Below, one piece after another: positions 1-6,269 of a stretch of DNA of 31,827 nt (its first letter is position 1; each line of letters starts with the position of its first letter). A program made the translations under genes and the position numbers. Source of the DNA: a virus (taxonomy: Duplodnaviria > Caudoviricetes). The stretch covers positions 1 to 31,827 of the IMG/VR virus record IMGVR_UViG_3300020306_000014; one strand, given 5' to 3'. The notes beneath the pieces were generated by a model that was not told where the DNA came from, ran no database searches, and saw only the letters and a program-made list of their open reading frames with translations.

Positions 1-4
1 AAAA

Positions 5-1741
5 ATGGAAAATTCCCTAGTTTTACTACAGCAAGACTTTAAGCTGTTTCTACAGGCATTGTGGTCACAGCTAGACTTGCCAAGTCCTACGAGGGCACAG
101 TACGCGATAGCGGACTACCTACAGAATGGCCCGAAGCGTTTGCAAGTGCAGGCGTTTCGTGGTGTAGGTAAGAGCTGGATTACTGGTGCCTTTGTTTTAT
201 GGACACTATTTAATGACCCAGAAAGAAAGGTTATGATTATCTCTGCGTCGAAAGAACGTGCAGACAACATGTCTATCTTTCTACAGAAACTCATCATAGA
301 CACACCTTGGTTAAGCCACCTCCAGCCCAAGTCAGACGACAGTAGATGGTCAAGGATAAGCTTTGATGTTAACTGTAGCCCACACCAAGCACCGTCAGTT
401 AAGTCAGTTGGTATCACCGGACAGCTAACTGGTAGTCGTGCAGACCTGATGATCTTGGATGACGTAGAAGTACCCGGTAATAGCTTAACGGAGTTCATGC
501 GTGAAAAACTTTTACAACTATGTACGGAAGCTGAATCTATCCTCACGCCAAAAGGTGATAGCCGTATTATGTATCTCGGGACTCCTCAGACTACTTTTAC
601 TATTTACCGTAGGTTGGCTGAGCGTAACTACAAACCCTTGGTCTGGCCTGCAAGATACCCAAGAAAGAAGCAGCTGTCCAAATACGAAGGACTGCTAGCC
701 TTTGAGATACAAGAGGACATCGAACAGGGGGCCGAAGAATGGACTCCTACAGATGATAGATTCTCACATGAAGACCTGTTGGAGCGAGAGGCTTCAATGG
801 GCAGATCAAACTACCTATTACAATTTCAACTTGACACATCACTATCCGATGCAGCGAAGTTTCCACTTAAGATGGCTGATCTCGTTGTTACTAGCGTTAA
901 CCCTAACTCTGCACCCGAAAATGTCGTATGGTGCTCAGACCCAGCAAACGTTATCAAAGACGCACCAAGCGTCGGACTCCCCGGAGATTACTTTTACTCT
1001 CCGATGCAACTTAGTGGGGAGTGGAGTGGATACACAGAAACCATTTGCTCTGTCGATCCCTCCGGTAGAGGCTCTGATGAGACGACCGCTGCTTATTTAT
1101 CACAGCGAAACGGGTTCATCTATCTACATGAAATGCGGGCTTACAGAGACGGATACAGCGACACTACGCTCCTAGACATACTCAAGGGGTGTGAGAAGTA
1201 TGATGTCAGCTCACTTGTAGTAGAAACTAACTTTGGAGATGGAATCGTTGGCGAACTATTTAAGAAACATTTACAGAACACAAAACAGGCGATATTTATT
1301 GAAGAAGTACGGGCGAATGTTAGAAAAGAGGACAGGATTATTGATTCTCTTGAACCTGTGCTTAACCAGCATCGTCTTATCGTCGACCGTGGCGTTATTG
1401 ACTGGGACTACAACAGTAATCCAACTGAAGCTCCCGAACAGCGGCTTCTCTACATGCTATTCTACCAAATGAGCCGTATGTGCCGTGAAAAACGGGCAGT
1501 CAAACACGATGACAGGCTAGATTGTCTTGCACAGGGGGTAAAATACTTCACAGATGCCCTTTCTATCAGTGCAGAACGTCAGATAGCCCTAAGAAAGCAA
1601 GAAGAATGGAATACAATGCTCGAAGAGTTCCTAGATGACCCTCAAGCATCTGCAAATCATATGGTGTTGGGTATGGATATAGAGCAGCGTAGAGAGGCTA
1701 GAGGCTTAGAAGACCACAATAGCGGTCACAACTGGGTTTAG
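5..1741 (+). CDS. terL: Terminase large subunit (T7 gp19-like DNA maturase B)
   Basis: 578 aa; Walker A AFRGVGKS, Walker B ILDDVE, nuclease motifs SVDPSGRGSDE and HDDRLD typical of T7-like TerL. Confidence 0.96.
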   Translation: MENSLVLLQQDFKLFLQALWSQLDLPSPTRAQYAIADYLQNGPKRLQVQAFRGVGKSWITGAFVLWTLFNDPERKVMIISASKERADNMSIFLQKLIIDTPWLSHLQPKSDDSRWSRISFDVNCSPHQAPSVKSVGITGQLTGSRADLMILDDVEVPGNSLTEFMREKLLQLCTEAESILTPKGDSRIMYLGTPQTTFTIYRRLAERNYKPLVWPARYPRKKQLSKYEGLLAFEIQEDIEQGAEEWTPTDDRFSHEDLLEREASMGRSNYLLQFQLDTSLSDAAKFPLKMADLVVTSVNPNSAPENVVWCSDPANVIKDAPSVGLPGDYFYSPMQLSGEWSGYTETICSVDPSGRGSDETTAAYLSQRNGFIYLHEMRAYRDGYSDTTLLDILKGCEKYDVSSLVVETNFGDGIVGELFKKHLQNTKQAIFIEEVRANVRKEDRIIDSLEPVLNQHRLIVDRGVIDWDYNSNPTEAPEQRLLYMLFYQMSRMCREKRAVKHDDRLDCLAQGVKYFTDALSISAERQIALRKQEEWNTMLEEFLDDPQASANHMVLGMDIEQRREARGLEDHNSGHNWV

Positions 1742-1930
1742 GTCGATCACGCACTTATACAGGGGAGGAGAAGGGTGGACTCGTCCTCTGTACCTATTAT
1801 CATATGAGGTGATAATTCTTAATCTACTACCACCAACTACCACTAAACCGGCTATTAGCTGTAAAAAATGGTAAAAATTTGAGAGGTCGTTATACGTATG
1901 CAGCTGGTCGCAGTTGTCCCATATGGGTCT

Positions 1931-1939
1931 TGCTATACT
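1931..1939 (+). promoter_or_regulatory. Putative host sigma70 extended -10 early promoter
   Basis: TGC-TATACT, same form as the three downstream early promoter candidates. Confidence 0.4.
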
Positions 1940-1942
1940 ACA

Positions 1943-2210
1943 GAGACCGAGACTCAATGAGTCGCACGAGTTGCATGAGTCTCATCGCAACAAGGACGTA
2001 GTCTAGCGAGTCTAAGACCGAGTCTTGTCAAGTGCGGTACACCGATTCACAATCATTCGCAACATGGACGCATTAGACTCGTGTGTTGAATGAGTCGCGA
2101 TCTGTTGGCGTTCCAGTTTGAGTCCGAAATAAATCGTGTGAGAACCGACAAATCTTGAGTGAGTCTCAGTTGAGCGTGCTATTATAATAGTGTAAGAGAC
2201 AAAAGGAGAC
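1943..2210. repeat. Cluster of GAGTC/GACTC and GAGAC/GTCTC short motifs with small palindromes
   Basis: GAGTC/GACTC at 1951, 1959, 1977, 2008, 2020, 2076, 2092, 2120, 2161. Palindromes GACTCAATGAGTC (1951-1963), ATGAGTCTCAT (1975-1985), AAGACCGAGTCTT (2014-2026). Confidence 0.8.
2177..2188 (+). promoter_or_regulatory. Putative host sigma70 extended -10 early promoter
   Basis: TGCTATTATAAT about 30 nt upstream of the first early ORF, followed by SD AAGGAG. Confidence 0.65.
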
Positions 2211-2216
2211 AAACAC

Positions 2217-2417
2217 ATGACCAACATTCAGACTCAACCTAAGACAGCCTTCGGTCGTACACTACACTATGTAACAGATCCAGTCCTAGCTGACGCACTT
2301 CAGACTCTAACTGGTAAGAAGACACTAACAGATAAAGATATTACTTGTTTACAAATGTTAGGATTAAATGTTAATGGTGTTAATTATGTAAACCAATTAG
2401 AATTAGTAGGAGTTTAA
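2217..2417 (+). CDS. Small early hypothetical protein (LTGKKTLT-type)
   Basis: 66 aa with strong SD AAAGGAG; first ORF after the promoter. Confidence 0.8.
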   Translation: MTNIQTQPKTAFGRTLHYVTDPVLADALQTLTGKKTLTDKDITCLQMLGLNVNGVNYVNQLELVGV

Positions 2418-2418
2418 T

Positions 2419-2634
2419 ATGTATAACAAACCAGTACCAAATCATAAGTTCTTTAAATATTATCATCATAGTAAAAGTTATTATGAACAACTAGCAAAAG
2501 AGATTGATATGTTGCAAGATCAATGCAAGACTGTATCTTATCAGCAACTACCTTCAACTATTAATTACAATCGTAGGAGTAAGTTTATCAAAACAAATAA
2601 CAATACAAACAAAACATACAAGAAAGTATCATGA
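2419..2634 (+). CDS. Early hypothetical protein
   Basis: 71 aa, SD AGGAG, AT-rich, ATGA overlap with the next ORF. Confidence 0.65.
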   Translation: MYNKPVPNHKFFKYYHHSKSYYEQLAKEIDMLQDQCKTVSYQQLPSTINYNRRSKFIKTNNNTNKTYKKVS

Positions 2635-2918
2635 ATAAAACAAAAGAATATACTGTCAACATAGAAATAGATATTGATTGTCAAGAACTATTAGATGCAA
2701 TCGGTTTAGATTATGAATTATCAGAAGATGATGAAACACAGAATGTAATCGGATTAACATTAACAGAAGAAGAGTTTCAAGATGTATTTGAGACTTGCCA
2801 GTTAACTAAAGCAAATGAAGTTGAATTTGGTACTAGATTATTAAATCCAGAACTCGGAGAGTATTGTACTAAAGTAACAGTATTAACTCCAGATAACAAT
2901 GTAATTATATTTAAATAG
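2631..2918 (+). CDS. Acidic early hypothetical protein
   Basis: 95 aa, very D/E-rich, coupled by ATGA overlap. Confidence 0.75.
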   Translation: MNKTKEYTVNIEIDIDCQELLDAIGLDYELSEDDETQNVIGLTLTEEEFQDVFETCQLTKANEVEFGTRLLNPELGEYCTKVTVLTPDNNVIIFK

Positions 2919-2994
2919 TATGGACAATATATTTAATGAGTCTTACGAGACTTATATTCATTCTCTCATATCTCAAGTCAATCTCATTTTGATT

Positions 2995-3003
2995 TGCTAT
3001 AAT
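2995..3003 (+). promoter_or_regulatory. Putative host sigma70 extended -10 early promoter
   Basis: Perfect TGnTATAAT in the intergenic gap before ORF 3054. Confidence 0.7.
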
Positions 3004-3053
3004 ATAGGTATGAGACAAATCGATCATCATCACAATCATCAAAGGACGCAGTT

Positions 3054-3335
3054 ATGCTACATCACTTAACATATGGACGCAATATAGGCGAGGACGGATA
3101 TGTGTCCGATCTTGACTGGGAGATGTACTGCAAGGAAGTACTTGACTCACACTTCGAGGGTTATACCATACAGGACGCAGTGGGAACATGGCAGTCCGAT
3201 CTCGAAGATACCAAGATAGTCAGTATTGACACAGGCAACAGAGACGCAGTTGAGAAGGTCGCATGGCTATACAAGGACATGTTCAACCAAGACGCTGTTG
3301 GTCTATTTATCACACCAAGCATGGAGTTTATCTAA
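3054..3335 (+). CDS. DUF3574-like / possible SAM-lyase-like early protein
   Basis: 93 aa; pattern GRNI..VS...W......F.GYT..DA.G.W....E.TK and YK..FNQDAV matches DUF3574-type proteins (by eye). Confidence 0.65.
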   Translation: MLHHLTYGRNIGEDGYVSDLDWEMYCKEVLDSHFEGYTIQDAVGTWQSDLEDTKIVSIDTGNRDAVEKVAWLYKDMFNQDAVGLFITPSMEFI

Positions 3336-3493
3336 TGGATTACAAAGCAAACGGAATCATAAACAAGTACGAAGAAGCATGGGAGCAGTTCAGACTCAGC
3401 AACCAACTCACACGTGCAGAGATGTCGTACCTATTATCCTTCAGTCAAGGAGCTAGGGACGCAGTATTCAAACTATCGGAGACAATGCCATGA
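3335..3493 (+). CDS. Early hypothetical protein (52 aa, MDYKANG...)
   Basis: TAATG coupling to the previous ORF and SD GGAG; start revised from 3263 in the ORF track. Confidence 0.65.
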   Translation: MDYKANGIINKYEEAWEQFRLSNQLTRAEMSYLLSFSQGARDAVFKLSETMP

Positions 3494-3663
3494 TGCAATG
3501 GTCACAACAACACTTTCAAGGACTCACAGAGTTTCAACATGGTATTAATAATACATGGTTCGAGACTATGTTTGAGCTTGCACTCAAGGACGACGGTATA
3601 TTATATGTACCAGTTCTAGGTAAATCATTCAATAAACAAGGAGAAGAAATATGCCATACGTAG
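3490..3663 (+). CDS. Early hypothetical protein (57 aa, MMQWSQQH...LKDDGILYVPVLGKSFNKQGEE)
   Basis: Manually translated; ATGA overlap upstream; fills the gap between coupled ORFs. Confidence 0.7.
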   Translation: MMQWSQQHFQGLTEFQHGINNTWFETMFELALKDDGILYVPVLGKSFNKQGEEICHT

Positions 3664-3851
3664 CTTTCAACACATACATAGACGACGCAGACATGATACC
3701 TATACTATTATCTTATGATTGGGTAATATGGAAGGACACATGGACAAACTGTAAACAACATATATACAATCACATCAAGGACGTACACTTACACGATTAC
3801 AAGCACCAGAAAAAATCTTGGTTTCCTGACAATCACTTGTCCTTCGCTTAA
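3651..3851 (+). CDS. Early hypothetical protein
   Basis: 66 aa with SD AAGGAG. Confidence 0.6.
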   Translation: MPYVAFNTYIDDADMIPILLSYDWVIWKDTWTNCKQHIYNHIKDVHLHDYKHQKKSWFPDNHLSFA

Positions 3852-3865
3852 TACTTTGCTATATT
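3837..3865 (+). promoter_or_regulatory. Putative sigma70 promoter, possibly giving a leaderless mRNA
   Basis: TTGTCC-17 bp-TATATT with extended TG; ATG lies only 6 nt after the -10 box. Confidence 0.55.
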
Positions 3866-3871
3866 AGAGAC

Positions 3872-4738
3872 ATGAATATCTTTGTAACTGACACTTGCCC
3901 AATACAATCGGCTCTCAATCTACCAGACAAGCACATAGTCAAGATGCCACTCGAGACTTGCCAAATGCTTGCTATCATATACAGCGACTGGTATTACGGC
4001 ATTGGTGAGTTACACAAAAAGGACGGCACACCATATCGTACTCAGCATGGTGCTTTCCGCAAGCATCCTTGTACAATCTGGGCAGCCGCCAACCAGTACA
4101 ATCTTGCATGGCTCATTGCACATGGTTATGCTTTGTGTGCAGAGTATCACTCACGCTATGACAAGGTGCATACTTGTTACTCTGCTATATGCGAAGCCGC
4201 TGACATCTACGATCGTACCTTCGACGAGAAGTGCGGTGACGTATATCACAAGGTCACAGACTTCACTCGTGCCATGCCAGAGGACATCAAGTTCGATAAG
4301 ACTATCGATACTATCACAGCGTACAAACGCTACCTCAATACCAAGCCGTGGCTAGCTACAAACTATCTACGCATACCATCACGTAAACCATCATTCATTA
4401 CCACCATGACAACATCAACACCAAACAACCTACCAGTATTTGACTTCAGCAATGACAAGCCTGCTACTGAGCAATACCCTGAGCCAAAGATCGCTGAGAA
4501 AGATATACTCAAGGATGCTATCGCCAAAGCAGAGGCAGCAATGGCAGCCAAGTCAGCTAAGCGTCCACTAGTCAAAGCCAAGAAGTCAGGCAAGGCAGGC
4601 AGAATCGTAGGTATATCAGCAATCGAGAACGAGTTTGTTAAGACTTTGTTACAAAAGCTACCTAACTCAGATTTCGCTGCTATGATAGAAGAGAACCAAG
4701 AAGCTTTCGACAAGCTACAAGCTAGATACAACAAATAA
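3872..4738 (+). CDS. Pyrimidine-dimer DNA glycosylase (DenV/endonuclease V-like) protein with long C-terminal extension
   Basis: N-terminal MNIF...DKHIVKMPLETCQML, HPCTIWA, AMP, AYKRY motifs; about 110 extra C-terminal residues. Confidence 0.75.
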   Translation: MNIFVTDTCPIQSALNLPDKHIVKMPLETCQMLAIIYSDWYYGIGELHKKDGTPYRTQHGAFRKHPCTIWAAANQYNLAWLIAHGYALCAEYHSRYDKVHTCYSAICEAADIYDRTFDEKCGDVYHKVTDFTRAMPEDIKFDKTIDTITAYKRYLNTKPWLATNYLRIPSRKPSFITTMTTSTPNNLPVFDFSNDKPATEQYPEPKIAEKDILKDAIAKAEAAMAAKSAKRPLVKAKKSGKAGRIVGISAIENEFVKTLLQKLPNSDFAAMIEENQEAFDKLQARYNK

Positions 4739-4752
4739 TACAGGAGATAACC

Positions 4753-5244
4753 ATGCCAAACCATTGCCACAACAGGGTTACAGTTTATGCACCTACCATG
4801 GGTACAGAAGCTAGGGCTCATGTTGCTAAGATCAAGCAGATGTTCGAGGACGAGAGCTGCTTTGGTCAGATTATACCAGAACCTGACTGGCTCAACACAC
4901 CACTTATGTCTAAAGATGTGAAAGAGTATTCATTCTCTGAACCTAGAGGCAAGGTTGGTGAGTTACCACAATACGTCGAAGATCCATGGCGTAGGCTTGT
5001 ATTCAAGTCAACAGGCAGAGCTGACGACAGATGGTATGACTGGAGACTAGCTAACTGGGATACCAAGTGGGACGCATACGACGTAGTAGTTACAGATGAC
5101 GACCCTGACCAAGTTGAGATTGAGTTCAATACAGCATGGTCGCCACCCGAAGCCATATGCCATGCACTCAGAGAGCAGTATCCTGACGTAAACATATCGT
5201 GGTTCTACGACGAGCCGGGCTGTGAGATAGCGGGGTACTTATGA
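4753..5244 (+). CDS. DUF1281/YubB ferredoxin-like domain protein
   Basis: MPNHCHN start, WYDWRLANWDTKW, FNTAWSPP, YDEPG motifs; SD AGGAG. Confidence 0.8.
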   Translation: MPNHCHNRVTVYAPTMGTEARAHVAKIKQMFEDESCFGQIIPEPDWLNTPLMSKDVKEYSFSEPRGKVGELPQYVEDPWRRLVFKSTGRADDRWYDWRLANWDTKWDAYDVVVTDDDPDQVEIEFNTAWSPPEAICHALREQYPDVNISWFYDEPGCEIAGYL

Positions 5245-5501
5245 CCGAAAAAGAAATAGCAAACATTTGTTTTAATAGACCAATGACAAGAGACGACGTA
5301 CCAGATATACAGCCCAAGACTAGGGTTGTCAAACCATTATACATACTTATCAAGGTTGATGTTGACGCAGACATTGTGTACAACAGGGACAAAGCAGAGA
5401 AGTATGCAGAGAATCACTGCAATAATATGGAGTATGAGCTTGTAGATTACCACTACCCTATGAAGTATAGCGAACGCCACTACCCTTATATAGCACTATG
5501 A
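5241..5501 (+). CDS. Early hypothetical protein
   Basis: 86 aa, ATGA-coupled at both ends. Confidence 0.7.
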   Translation: MTEKEIANICFNRPMTRDDVPDIQPKTRVVKPLYILIKVDVDADIVYNRDKAEKYAENHCNNMEYELVDYHYPMKYSERHYPYIAL

Positions 5502-5572
5502 TCGTTTACTTCTTTCTAATACCAATCATACTGTACAGTATATACGTATTGATACGGTACAACCCTCACTAA
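5498..5572 (+). CDS. 24-aa hydrophobic membrane peptide MIVYFFLIPIILYSIYVLIRYNPH
   Basis: Manually translated; ATGA overlap; single predicted TM helix. Confidence 0.55.
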   Translation: MIVYFFLIPIILYSIYVLIRYNPH

Positions 5573-5594
5573 TCACAATCACGCACGGACGCAC

Positions 5595-5753
5595 ATGACA
5601 CACATACTATACAGAGCCACCATGGACAATGACGTACTCTTCCCTGTATATGCTACAGATGATGAAGAAGCTGCGTACAAATCACAGGAGATTGCTAAAA
5701 TATATTATGGACGCAAACTCAAAGACGTAACACGAATTAAGGAGAAATTATGA
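5595..5753 (+). CDS. Early hypothetical protein (52 aa, MTHILYRAT...)
   Basis: Manually translated; ATGA overlap with ORF 5750. Confidence 0.65.
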   Translation: MTHILYRATMDNDVLFPVYATDDEEAAYKSQEIAKIYYGRKLKDVTRIKEKL

Positions 5754-6079
5754 CTAAAGGATACTACCCAAACAACTGGCAAGCAGTTAAAGATACACCA
5801 TCAGAATGGTTTGAGTCTATTGACTACGACGAGTTTATGTCTTGGAAGATGGACGGATGGGAGTTTCCAACCTCTGTCTTCTGCATGATACGTACACGTA
5901 ACTGTGAGACTGATAAGGTAACAGAGTATATCTACACCTCAAAGTCAGCAGCGGCTAAAAGAGTAAACAGAATACTCAAGGAAATGGACTCTGAATTTAC
6001 TGTATGTACACATGATTACGTCTCGTTCATGAAACCAGAAAAATACATTACAGACGGAGACAAGGAGAACTATGTCTAA
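5750..6079 (+). CDS. Conserved cyanopodovirus hypothetical protein upstream of RNAP
   Basis: 109 aa, YYPNNW...FMSWK..GWE.P.SV motif, SD AAGGAG. Confidence 0.8.
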   Translation: MTKGYYPNNWQAVKDTPSEWFESIDYDEFMSWKMDGWEFPTSVFCMIRTRNCETDKVTEYIYTSKSAAAKRVNRILKEMDSEFTVCTHDYVSFMKPEKYITDGDKENYV

Positions 6080-6269
6080 AATACATGAAGTACCGCCATC
6101 AGACGTGTACACATATTACAACCAAGCATTACAGATGCTTAGCAAAGAACATCCTCACTACGAGGAAGTACGTAAACACTTACTAGCACAGGTGCAAGAT
6201 GAACTCGCAGACACATATAACTCAAGACCGAATCACGGAACAGGTAAACTTAGAAAGGTCACAGATTAA
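6072..6269 (+). CDS. Hypothetical protein overlapping the RNAP start
   Basis: 65 aa, SD AAGGAG. Confidence 0.65.
   Translation: MSKIHEVPPSDVYTYYNQALQMLSKEHPHYEEVRKHLLAQVQDELADTYNSRPNHGTGKLRKVTD

Larger units (their letters stand above)
1742..2216. repeat. Non-coding genome-end junction / probable direct terminal repeat region
   Basis: No credible ORF between the last late gene (TerL) and the first early gene. AAAAATTTGAG at 1873 followed by the palindrome CCCATATGGG (1918-1927) resembles the T7 arrangement AAAAATCTGAG...CCCCCATAGGGGG at the start of its terminal repeat (from recall). Exact ends cannot be fixed from one copy. Confidence 0.6.

Noticed and set aside
1943-2210. Possible CRISPR array
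   Set aside because: Repeats are only 5-13 bp, irregularly spaced, with no repeat-spacer periodicity and no cas genes
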